Positions 47,472-55,534 of a stretch of DNA of 64,000 bases are shown in pieces. The notes beneath the pieces were generated by a model that saw nothing but the letters and a program-made list of their open reading frames with translations, was not told the origin of the DNA and did not search any database. The translations under genes were made by a program, and so were the position numbers. The stretch is from a virus: IMG/VR virus record IMGVR_UViG_3300050821_001343, positions 1 through 64,000 of that record; one strand, given 5' to 3'. Positions within the stretch are counted from its first letter, which is position 1. Each line of letters begins with the position of its first letter.

Positions 47472-48803
47472 ATGTCTAATAAACTAGCGGATACCAGAGA
47501 TGGTCTAATTGTTGATCTTAAGATCATGCTTAAGCAGTATGGAAAAGTAAGCCGAGATTTCTATAGACAGAAGGGGGCTTTTTCTGAAAAGGTTTGGAGT
47601 AAATATTTTCCAACCTTCAAAGATTTTCTAGCAGCGGCAGCACCAGAAGAAGCGAACAATACGGAAACTCATACTTCTGATGGAGACAACTGGGACATAA
47701 CCCTTAAGGGGACGACGATTCACACGCTGCCAGAGTTGTTGGAATACTGCAAGGTTGACTTAGGAATCTGGGAAGTCGAACGCTTTGTTGTTAACAAATG
47801 GGAAATGGGTTATGCAACTGGACCCAAGGATGACCGAGAAGCGAAGTCACACCCATTGTTCCAAGTTAAAGCCACGCTTATCAAGCGGAAAGAGGTAGTT
47901 GATGCTCGTGCAGAACTTGACCGTCTCAAAGACGAATTCAAACGTACAGCGCCTAAAGTCAAACGCGCATCAGCCAAATCATTACTCGAATCTGGCAATA
48001 TGTTAGAGGTAAACATTCCTGATGCTCATTTTGGGAAGATGGCTTGGGCAACAGAGACAGGTGGACGTAGTTATGACACTCCGATTGCTTCGGCAACGTT
48101 TCTCCGCGCACTTGATACGCTTATCGGGCTATCTCGCGGATTCGTCTTCGGAAAGATTCTTTTTGTTGTTGGGAACGATCTTCTCAACTCGGATGATGAA
48201 CTTGGACGTACAACCAAGGGAACCTTTGTCAGTACGGATGGCCGGTATCAAAAGACTTTCTCAACAGTCCGCAAGACCGTCACTGAAGCGATTCACAGAC
48301 TTCGTGAAATCGCGCCGGTTGAAGTCGTAATGGTCAGCGGTAATCATGACAATCTTGGAGTATGGCATCTCGGAGATTCCCTTGAGTGCTTGTTTGAAGG
48401 TTATGAGGATGTGACCGTAAGGAATGAACCCACGGCACGTAAGTACGTTCGCCATGGAAATGTTCTATTGATGCTCACGCACGGAGACAAAGGGAAACGT
48501 GAAGACTATCCGTTGCTCATGGCAACCGAAAGGAGCCAAGACTTTGGAGAAACCAAATACCGAGAAATTCACACCGGACACATTCACCAGACCAAACTTC
48601 AAGAATGGCATGGAGTTCGCGTTCGAATCCTACCGAGCCTTTCTCCCCCTGATGCGTGGCACAGTGAGAATGCCTTCGTCGGGCAACAACGCAACGCTGA
48701 GGCATATGTCTGGAATGAGGAACACGGTCTAATAGCAATGTTCTTCCATAACGATGAGACATTTCCAGAAATTACAACAGATCGAATACTGAAAGTTGAG
48801 TAA
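47472..48803 (+). CDS. metallophosphoesterase-fold protein with N-terminal helical repeat
   Basis: DAHFG, GND, GNHD, HGD and GHIH motifs. Confidence 0.85.
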   Translation: MSNKLADTRDGLIVDLKIMLKQYGKVSRDFYRQKGAFSEKVWSKYFPTFKDFLAAAAPEEANNTETHTSDGDNWDITLKGTTIHTLPELLEYCKVDLGIWEVERFVVNKWEMGYATGPKDDREAKSHPLFQVKATLIKRKEVVDARAELDRLKDEFKRTAPKVKRASAKSLLESGNMLEVNIPDAHFGKMAWATETGGRSYDTPIASATFLRALDTLIGLSRGFVFGKILFVVGNDLLNSDDELGRTTKGTFVSTDGRYQKTFSTVRKTVTEAIHRLREIAPVEVVMVSGNHDNLGVWHLGDSLECLFEGYEDVTVRNEPTARKYVRHGNVLLMLTHGDKGKREDYPLLMATERSQDFGETKYREIHTGHIHQTKLQEWHGVRVRILPSLSPPDAWHSENAFVGQQRNAEAYVWNEEHGLIAMFFHNDETFPEITTDRILKVE

Positions 48804-48804
48804 C

Positions 48805-49032
48805 ATGCAACAAGTGTTTTGGAGAAACTATATCGCATATGTCTACACACCAAGTTCTGATCTTTACGATGTAGAGATTGGAGATGTATTTTTGCATCAA
48901 AATGGAAGACGATACAAACTGGTTGAGCGCGACATAATCAAATGTATCATCGTCAAGTGGACATGGTGGGATGACTTCAAAGCAAAATTAAGAGGAGAAA
49001 AAGTCAATGTCATCAGCGCACCTACCAAGTGA
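48805..49032 (+). CDS. hypothetical protein
   Basis: short ORF between coupled genes. Confidence 0.5.
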   Translation: MQQVFWRNYIAYVYTPSSDLYDVEIGDVFLHQNGRRYKLVERDIIKCIIVKWTWWDDFKAKLRGEKVNVISAPTK

Positions 49033-49357
49033 CGCACAGGCGCGGAAAGGAATGCCGATTTTCTCGGGAGTCCTCCGCTATTTCCCAGATGCTATTGCAG
49101 AAATTGCAAGAATCTCAAAAGCAGGGAATGATCAGCACAACCCCGGCCAGCCCCTACATTGGTCAAGAGAAAAATCAGCAGATCACCATGACTGCGCCTC
49201 ACGGCATTTGATTGAATCCGGGACAGTCGATAGTGACGGATACCGCCATAGTGCCAAACTAGCATGGAGAGCATTAGCTATCCTACAGCTAGAACTGGAA
49301 GCTGAATTCGCAGCTAACGCAAAGCAGGATGCAGCACAACCTTGGATTCAGTTGTAG
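49007..49357 (+). CDS. dATP/dGTP diphosphohydrolase-like (DUF5664) protein
   Basis: FPDAIAEIARIS..GN..H...W.......RHL.....D.DG..H.AKLAWR.L. Confidence 0.7.
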   Translation: MSSAHLPSDAQARKGMPIFSGVLRYFPDAIAEIARISKAGNDQHNPGQPLHWSREKSADHHDCASRHLIESGTVDSDGYRHSAKLAWRALAILQLELEAEFAANAKQDAAQPWIQL

Positions 49358-49385
49358 AGTCAAACCGGAATTTCAGGAGTAAAAT

Positions 49386-49529
49386 ATGCCGTTGGTCAAG
49401 AGCAAAAGCAAGAAAGCAATGAGCACCAATATACGCCGGGAAGTTGCAGCCGGTAAGCCACAAAAACAAGCCGTGGCGATTGCGTATTCAGTGCAACGTC
49501 GCGCAGGAAAGAAGCGCAAGGGGAAATAA
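49386..49529 (+). CDS. small basic phage protein (NIRRE..AGKPQKQAVAIAYS), 47 aa
   Basis: AGGAG RBS; translated by hand; widespread phage motif. Confidence 0.75.
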   Translation: MPLVKSKSKKAMSTNIRREVAAGKPQKQAVAIAYSVQRRAGKKRKGK

Positions 49530-49750
49530 TGTCGAAACTAAGCAAGCCAATCTCAGGTGATCCACTCCCCATGAAGGAAAAGAAAGAAGACGGCGGTTGG
49601 TCGCAGTTCGAAGCGTGGGCGGGACAGGAATGGTTTGGAGGAGACAATCCGTACAAGGAGCGTTATGGCAGCAGCAACACCGTCAACACCACCAACATCA
49701 GTAATACCCCCAGTAAGTTCCCTAAGCCAAGTGGAAAGCGCAGCAACTAG
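49529..49750 (+). CDS. hypothetical protein
   Basis: TAATG overlap; overlaps the next gene by 86 nt. Confidence 0.4.
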   Translation: MSKLSKPISGDPLPMKEKKEDGGWSQFEAWAGQEWFGGDNPYKERYGSSNTVNTTNISNTPSKFPKPSGKRSN

Positions 49751-50438
49751 TTGGTTTAAGACACACGAGACATTACTGATCGTGTTCATGTCCTTAATCG
49801 TAGGGACATTTCTGGTTTACAAAGGACTGGATATTGTATCCAGTTACGAGAATCACAAAGCCCAACAAGCCATCGCGGTCGTGCAGGCACAGAGCAATCA
49901 GAATGCTGCTGATTTGACCACAGTGAAACAAACACTTGCTGCCTATCAAACGGCTCTTGCGAACGCTACCACGGCCAATCAGACGTTAGCACAGGCTGTG
50001 ACAGCACGTAACACAGTTGTAGTCAAGCAAGAATCGACCGACGCCACTCTTCCTCAGTCCGCATTAGGGCAGAGATGGGAAACATTGGTAAACGATACGG
50101 GTGTGACTCCAACTCCTACTGGATTTGCGGTCCCGGAGAAAGCAGCCCTCGATACGGTACAATCTCTTGAGCAAGTTCCGGTTTTGACGCAGGATGTGAA
50201 AGACGCTCAGGCTCAGACGGCCAATGATCAAATCGCACTGACGCAGGCTAACAATGTAATAGATCAAGGAAAAACTTTGGTAACCGGCCTACAAAATCAG
50301 TTGACAGATGAGACGAAATCGTGTAGTATTCAATTATCGGCTGCAAAGGCAGCAGCGAATAAGGGCAAATTCAAATGGTTCGGTATCGGATACGTTTCTG
50401 GATTCGTTAGCGGACTAGTGGTAGCGATTGTAAAGTAG
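49665..50438 (+). CDS. membrane-anchored coiled-coil protein (spanin-like)
   Basis: AAGGAG RBS; N-terminal TM, long Gln/Ala/Thr helix, hydrophobic C-terminus. Confidence 0.55.
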   Translation: MAAATPSTPPTSVIPPVSSLSQVESAATSWFKTHETLLIVFMSLIVGTFLVYKGLDIVSSYENHKAQQAIAVVQAQSNQNAADLTTVKQTLAAYQTALANATTANQTLAQAVTARNTVVVKQESTDATLPQSALGQRWETLVNDTGVTPTPTGFAVPEKAALDTVQSLEQVPVLTQDVKDAQAQTANDQIALTQANNVIDQGKTLVTGLQNQLTDETKSCSIQLSAAKAAANKGKFKWFGIGYVSGFVSGLVVAIVK

Positions 50439-50439
50439 T

Positions 50440-50515
50440 GGGCCAGTAGCTCAATTGGGAGAGCAATCCCCTTGCACGGGATAGGTTGCAGGTTCGATGC
50501 CTGTCAGGTCCACCA
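50440..50515 (+). tRNA. tRNA-Ala(TGC)
   Basis: ATCCC-CTTGCAC-GGGAT; G3-U70; CCA. Confidence 0.93.
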
Positions 50516-50523
50516 AAAGTTTT

Positions 50524-50600
50524 GCCCTGTTAGCTCAGTTGGTCAGAGCATAACTTTTACAAAGTTGGGGTCGGAGGTTCGAATCCTTCACGGGGCACCA
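50524..50600 (+). tRNA. tRNA-Val(TAC)
   Basis: TAACT-TTTACAA-AGTTG; CCA. Confidence 0.92.
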
Positions 50601-50609
50601 AGAGGTTGT

Positions 50610-50714
50610 ATGCATCATAAACACCATGTCGAGGATGTAGCTTGGGACATTTTCATAGGACCGTTCTACTTCACTTGGGGAATCCTGAGATGGATTTTTG
50701 AGAACTGGGATTAA
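50610..50714 (+). CDS. very small hydrophobic peptide
   Basis: GAGGT RBS; MHHKHHVEDVAWDIFIGPFYFTWGILRWIFENWD. Confidence 0.4.
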   Translation: MHHKHHVEDVAWDIFIGPFYFTWGILRWIFENWD

Positions 50715-50727
50715 CTGAAAGGGGCAT

Positions 50728-50904
50728 ATGGACGCAGCACGCGAGGAAGCACGGGCAGCACGAATTGAGCAGCGCCGAATCCTTGGGGACTACTACCGGG
50801 AGCTATCGGTCAACTATTTGGACTATGAGGTTCTAGCAAAAACCATTGGGCCAACTCTGGCATTTCCAGCGCGTCCAAATATTCCAGAATACGAGAACGC
50901 TTAA
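50728..50904 (+). CDS. small hypothetical protein (58 aa)
   Basis: AAGGGG RBS; translated by hand, MDAAREEARAAR... Confidence 0.5.
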   Translation: MDAAREEARAARIEQRRILGDYYRELSVNYLDYEVLAKTIGPTLAFPARPNIPEYENA

Positions 50905-50911
50905 GGAAAAT

Positions 50912-51094
50912 ATGCGATCTACAACTTATTGTCGTAAACTAGAAGATGGAAGTGGCTTTGTCATTGTAAGAACCATTTTCAAGAGGTATAAGAATTTTAA
51001 TACTCCTTCCTATATCGACCAGCAATGGGAAGAAGCTTTAGCGACGGGTACGACGAAAGACGAAGCATGGTCAAATTACCGTCTAAAGGTTTGA
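50912..51094 (+). CDS. small hypothetical protein
   Basis: AAGGA RBS. Confidence 0.5.
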   Translation: MRSTTYCRKLEDGSGFVIVRTIFKRYKNFNTPSYIDQQWEEALATGTTKDEAWSNYRLKV

Positions 51095-51099
51095 ATTGT

Positions 51100-51173
51100 A
51101 TCGGGTTCGTTTAGTGGCAGGACGGCAGGCTTTGACCCTGCTCGCTGAGGTTCGATTCCTTGCCCCGGTGCCA
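51100..51173 (+). tRNA. tRNA-Gln(TTG)
   Basis: GCAGG-CTTTGAC-CCTGC; G73; CCA. Confidence 0.88.
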
Positions 51174-51186
51174 AGATTGGAGAGAA

Positions 51187-51567
51187 ATGAAGAGACTGGC
51201 AGTATTTCTTATCGTATTGGTAACAATGTGTCTGCCCGATCTTGGCGGTCATCTTAACTGGTACGCTGAAAAACAGAATGCAGGATTCATGCCAGTATGG
51301 TGCTATGATACAGGCATGAAGATGTCGGTCGATGAAGATTCACGCCATGTGGAATTAACCAAATCGAGCAAGGTCCCATATCTGTCCGATATTTTCCCCA
51401 TGTATGTGTATTCATTTGAGGATAGCAAATTCGAATTAGATGGAGTAATGAGCATAGGCGATCTACTTCTATGGAGTGGCTACGTCGGTTTCTTTTTCTC
51501 CCTGTTCTATTTGTTGGTGCTTTTGTTGGATGATTTGGTGACAGTTCTTTGCAGGTTTAGACATTGA
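51187..51567 (+). CDS. DUF5317-like membrane protein
   Basis: N.G.MPV...H...T..S...YLSDI...SIGDLL. Confidence 0.6.
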   Translation: MKRLAVFLIVLVTMCLPDLGGHLNWYAEKQNAGFMPVWCYDTGMKMSVDEDSRHVELTKSSKVPYLSDIFPMYVYSFEDSKFELDGVMSIGDLLLWSGYVGFFFSLFYLLVLLLDDLVTVLCRFRH

Positions 51568-51644
51568 GCGGGATTGTTTTGTAATGGTAGCATATCGGTC
51601 TTCCAAACCGTAAGGTATAGGTTCAAATCCGGTATCCCGCTCCA
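51568..51644 (+). tRNA. tRNA-Gly(TCC), imperfect
   Basis: GCGGGAT/ATCCCGC acceptor; U73; CTTCCAA loop; CCA. Confidence 0.8.
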
Positions 51645-51645
51645 T

Positions 51646-51722
51646 CTACCAGTGGCGAAGGGGTTTAACGCGGTCGGCTGCAACCCGTCTATTCACAGGT
51701 TCGAATCCTGTCTGGTAGTCCA
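51646..51722 (+). tRNA. tRNA-Cys(GCA)
   Basis: CTGCAAC loop; U73; CCA. Confidence 0.88.
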
Positions 51723-51735
51723 TTTGGAGGTACAC

Positions 51736-51924
51736 ATGACATACGTGGTGAAAGCACCGTCCAGCGCGGACGCAGGCAAGCAAATCCTCCTTAAGATCAC
51801 AGGCGTTGATTATTTCGAGGTAAACGCAGGAACACTTTTGTTCTACAAACGTTCTAGTAAGAATCCGGTTAAAGCATTCGGTCCGGGTGGATGGTTTTAC
51901 GTTCTTGAGAACGACAAGAAATAG
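51736..51924 (+). CDS. small hypothetical protein
   Basis: GGAGGT RBS. Confidence 0.6.
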   Translation: MTYVVKAPSSADAGKQILLKITGVDYFEVNAGTLLFYKRSSKNPVKAFGPGGWFYVLENDKK

Positions 51925-51931
51925 GAGATAC

Positions 51932-52360
51932 ATGAAGCACACAATTGAAAAACTACTTCTGACAGCAGCGTTGCTGTTCGGCTCACTCACTGTCCAAGCA
52001 CGGGCACAAGCACCAACGGTCACCCTGCCAAGCGCAACCGCTAGTCAGAGTAATCTGTCATGGACTAACTCCGCAAATTGTACGGCTGCTACCCCCTGTC
52101 TTATCAATCCGTATCGGATTGGTGGGCAATGTCCGGCGAATCTTGCAGGCACAACTGGCTGGACTCAACTACCCGCTACAGCGGCACAGGCAACTTCGGC
52201 AACGGACACAACCGTGGTAGCTGGTCAAACCTATAGCTACGTGGTTGAAGCAACATTTGTATCTGGCGGAAGTCCTAGTGGACCGTCGAATTGTGTAACT
52301 GTTTCAATCCCAAACGTACCGGGCGTCCCAACGGGCCTGAACGCGACCGTCACAAACTAG
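51932..52360 (+). CDS. secreted fibronectin type III-like protein
   Basis: signal peptide ...VQARA-Q; LSW...YR...TDTTVVAGQTYSYVVEA...S.PSN; 4 Cys. Confidence 0.8.
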   Translation: MKHTIEKLLLTAALLFGSLTVQARAQAPTVTLPSATASQSNLSWTNSANCTAATPCLINPYRIGGQCPANLAGTTGWTQLPATAAQATSATDTTVVAGQTYSYVVEATFVSGGSPSGPSNCVTVSIPNVPGVPTGLNATVTN

Positions 52361-52433
52361 TATGTAGGGAAATTTGGACCTTTGGCGGTTGGGTGAAGGT
52401 CTGCGAAAATAAGTAATCGACATGTGCCCACGC

Positions 52434-52545
52434 AAATCCTCTGTGCCGTATCCGGGTCAAGGAGTTAGTACATGAAGCGTGCCCTTCCCTCTAGTCGGGG
52501 AGAAGTTGACCTATCCGATTAGCGGCTGGCGAGATGAAGGGATTT
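52434..52545 (+). ncRNA. putative pseudoknotted RNA abutting tRNA-Thr
   Basis: AAATCCT/GGGATTT and GGGTCAA/TTGACCT helices; loop CTAGTCGG complementary to CCGATTAG. Confidence 0.45.
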
Positions 52546-52622
52546 GCCACGGTAGCTCAGTTGGTTAGAGCGGCAGTTTTGTAAACTGCGGGTCGGGAGT
52601 TCGAATCTCTCCCGTGGCTCCA
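52546..52622 (+). tRNA. tRNA-Thr(TGT)
   Basis: GCAGT-TTTGTAA-ACTGC; canonical cloverleaf; CCA. Confidence 0.95.
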
Positions 52623-52692
52623 TATTCCTACACCTTAGATGCATTCACTATTAGGTGTTTGTATGACAACGGAATGCTAAATTGGAGGCAGT

Positions 52693-53028
52693 ATGGCGAA
52701 GCAGTTATTGTTTTCTCTTACTGCCAAGGATTTTGATTTTCAATACTTCACTGTGAGTGGTCACGGAGGGTCTGGAAAAGATACATCCAACACAGGTGCA
52801 CGGTGCATTCATCGTGCGTCCGGTGCGACCGGAGAAGGCCGAGAAGAACGTAGTCAACTCAAGAACAGACAAAGCGCATTCGGTAAGTGTGTAAAATCCA
52901 AAAAGTTTCAGGCATGGCACAAATTAGAAACTATGCGTCGTCTAGGGCTACTCAAAGACATTGAGAGTCGAGTTGATGAGCAAATGAAAGACAAGAACTT
53001 AAAGATTGAATACATCACAGGAGATTAA
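52693..53028 (+). CDS. class I release-factor (RF-1 domain)-like protein with GGS variant
   Basis: SGHGGS....NTGARCIH..SG......ERSQLKNR..AF. Confidence 0.8.
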   Translation: MAKQLLFSLTAKDFDFQYFTVSGHGGSGKDTSNTGARCIHRASGATGEGREERSQLKNRQSAFGKCVKSKKFQAWHKLETMRRLGLLKDIESRVDEQMKDKNLKIEYITGD

Positions 53029-53092
53029 GCTAGAGGGAAACTGACCGGCTCCAACCCGGTACTCAGAGGTTCAAATCCTCTATCTCCTGCCA
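53019..53092 (+). tRNA. tRNA-Trp(CCA)
   Basis: AGGAGAT/ATCTCCT acceptor; ACCGG-CTCCAAC-CCGGT; G73; CCA. Confidence 0.88.
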
Positions 53093-53106
53093 ATTTTAGA
53101 GGCACC

Positions 53107-53553
53107 ATGCAACTAAGCGATCAAGGGGCAGCATTTATTGCTAGCTTTGAAGGTATCAAGCTTGTACCGTATAACGATTCAAATGGATGGGCAACAGTCG
53201 GCATTGGACATTTGATCCGTAAAGGTCCGGTACTACCAACTGACCTACCGATCACACTGGCGCAAGCCTATGACTTATTCCGGCAGGATGCAAAAATTGA
53301 AATCTCTATCATTGGCATCTACGTTAAGGTTCCAATCAATCAGAATCAATTTGATGCCCTCTGCTCTCTTTCCTACAACATCGGTGTCGGCAACTTTATG
53401 CGATCACCGATCCCATCCCTCATCAACAGCGGCCAGTTAGATCAAGTCCCCGCTGCGTTTCTCATCCACAACAAGGATGCTAAAGGCAACATCCTACGCG
53501 GCTTGACTCGTAGACGTGAGGCCGAAGTTGCAGTATTCAACAAACTAAGCTAA
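53107..53553 (+). CDS. endolysin, GH24 lysozyme
   Basis: FEG....YND..G..TVGIGH; QFDAL.S..YNIG; GL.RRREAE. Confidence 0.93.
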   Translation: MQLSDQGAAFIASFEGIKLVPYNDSNGWATVGIGHLIRKGPVLPTDLPITLAQAYDLFRQDAKIEISIIGIYVKVPINQNQFDALCSLSYNIGVGNFMRSPIPSLINSGQLDQVPAAFLIHNKDAKGNILRGLTRRREAEVAVFNKLS

Positions 53554-53581
53554 CCCACTGCTAGAAGATATAGCGGTCACT

Positions 53582-53609
53582 CCGGGTGCCTAAAAAGCAC
53601 CCGGCTTTT
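53582..53609 (+). terminator. intrinsic terminator
   Basis: CCGGGTGC/GCACCCGG followed by TTTT. Confidence 0.65.
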
Positions 53610-53653
53610 CGTGTCTTTGTGGCACGTTGTATCAATTACCATCGGAGAAAGAA

Positions 53654-55315
53654 ATGCCAAGGGCCATAGACCCCAAGTTACTTCAGTTCGGATCGTTATC
53701 CGAAACCATCATAAATTCTAAATACGCACAATTTCCAACACAACAAGATAAACAAACATGGCCCGAAATTGCACGCAGAGTTGCTAGCAGCGTTTTAAGT
53801 GCAGTTCCAGCGTCACAGTCTTTGATAGATGAGTTAACATACCGCATATCAATTCGTCAAATCATTCCCGGAGGACGTTACCTGTACGCGGCAGGACGGG
53901 ATTACCACCAAGTCCAGAACTGCCTGCTGATGAGAGCGGAGGATAGTCGAGAGGGTTGGTCCGAAATCATGCATAACGCGTCCATGGCCCTTATGAGCGG
54001 TGCAGGCATCGGAATCGAGTATTCGCCTGTCCGAGAGGCCGGGGCGCTTATAAAGCGAACTGGAGGTCAAGCAACAGGTCCTACAGCCCTCATGCAGATG
54101 GTCAATGAGGCAGGACGGCATATTATGCAGGGAGGCAGTCGCCGGTCGGCTATCTGGGCCGGTCTAGGATGGGATCACCCAGACATCTTCACCTTCATTG
54201 ACATTAAGAACTGGTCACCTGAAGTACGAGCACTCAAAGCCAAGGACTTCAATTTTCCCGCTCCTATGGACGGAACAAACGTCTCGGTAAGACTTGATGG
54301 AGAGTTCTTCAAGGCGTATAATGACCTTGAGCACCATAAACACGACCATGCTCACTCGGTCTACTGGAAAACTATTCACCAGATGCTCAAGACCGGGGAA
54401 CCGGGATTCAGTATTGACACAGGAGAAAACGAGGGAGAAACACTACGTAATGCTTGTACTGAAGTGTCTAGCTCTGATGATTCTGATATATGCAATCTTC
54501 TCAGTATTAACATGGCTAGGATAAATACACTGGAGGATATGCAAGCCTGTGTGGAAGTGTCCACGGCTTTGCTAGTTGCCGGTACGGTTTACTCGCACGT
54601 TCCATACGACAAGGTTGCAGAGATTAGGACCCGTAATCGCCGCTTAGGTCTGGGTTTGATGGGACTCCACGAATGGTTGATTAAGCATGGTAAACAATAC
54701 GGGCCGGACGATGATCTGAAGAAGTATCTGGAGATTTATGAGCAAAGCACCCTACACGCCCATGGATGGGAACGAAAGTGGGGACTCTCTCTTTCTGCAA
54801 AGACTCGTGCAATTGCACCAACAGGAACTATTGGAATTGTGGCAGAGACAACTACAGGATGCGAGCCAATCTTCTGTGTGGCGTTCAAGCGGAGATATTT
54901 GCAGGGGAAGGTCTGGAACTATCAATACGTTATCGAATCCATCGCACAACGACTTATAGAACAGGATGGAATTGCACCAGATCAAGTTGAGGATGCCTAT
55001 TCGATCACGCCAGAACGCCGGGTAGAATTCCAGACGTGGCTTCAGCAATACGTTGACCATGGGATTAGCAGCACGATCAACCTACCGGCATGGGGAAGTC
55101 CGACGAACAATGAAGACACAGTTACAGACTTCGGCAATATGCTTATGAAGAATTTGCCGAAACTTAGAGGGATCACGTGCTACCCAGATGGAGCACGAAG
55201 CGGTCAGCCTCTAACGGCGGTCAGTTACAAGACAGCCATGAAGCACAAGGGACAGATATTTATTGAGTCTCAGGATGTGTGCGATTGGACAAAAGGCGGT
55301 ACGTGCGGAAACTAA
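53654..55315 (+). CDS. nrdJ: class II (AdoCbl-type) ribonucleotide reductase
   Basis: PGGR, NC, RRSA, GEPG, NACTE, CNL, APTGT and ISSTINLP motifs; C-terminal C....GGTCG; no nrdB seen. Confidence 0.85.
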   Translation: MPRAIDPKLLQFGSLSETIINSKYAQFPTQQDKQTWPEIARRVASSVLSAVPASQSLIDELTYRISIRQIIPGGRYLYAAGRDYHQVQNCLLMRAEDSREGWSEIMHNASMALMSGAGIGIEYSPVREAGALIKRTGGQATGPTALMQMVNEAGRHIMQGGSRRSAIWAGLGWDHPDIFTFIDIKNWSPEVRALKAKDFNFPAPMDGTNVSVRLDGEFFKAYNDLEHHKHDHAHSVYWKTIHQMLKTGEPGFSIDTGENEGETLRNACTEVSSSDDSDICNLLSINMARINTLEDMQACVEVSTALLVAGTVYSHVPYDKVAEIRTRNRRLGLGLMGLHEWLIKHGKQYGPDDDLKKYLEIYEQSTLHAHGWERKWGLSLSAKTRAIAPTGTIGIVAETTTGCEPIFCVAFKRRYLQGKVWNYQYVIESIAQRLIEQDGIAPDQVEDAYSITPERRVEFQTWLQQYVDHGISSTINLPAWGSPTNNEDTVTDFGNMLMKNLPKLRGITCYPDGARSGQPLTAVSYKTAMKHKGQIFIESQDVCDWTKGGTCGN

Positions 55316-55321
55316 ATAGAA

Positions 55322-55348
55322 AGGCCCCGAATTAACGGGGCCTCTTTT
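55322..55348. terminator. bidirectional terminator at the convergence point
   Basis: AGGCCCCG/CGGGGCCT flanked by A- and T-tracts. Confidence 0.7.
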
Positions 55349-55526
55349 CGAATGTCACAGCTTTGATTCGTTGTACTGCACGATTGGTCAGTTCACTGAA
55401 TAGTTTGACCATATCTATTGCCTCAAGATTGTATTTCTGTTCAATTTCCTCCACTGACCTGAGAAGATCAACCTTGGCTTGAAGCGCGTTATGCTCATGC
55501 TTGTACTTTTTTAACGACTGGGCCAT
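55332..55526 (-). CDS. small hypothetical protein
   Basis: AGGAG RBS. Confidence 0.6.
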   Translation of the reverse strand: MAQSLKKYKHEHNALQAKVDLLRSVEEIEQKYNLEAIDMVKLFSELTNRAVQRIKAVTFEKRPR

Positions 55527-55534
55527 GGTTCTCC

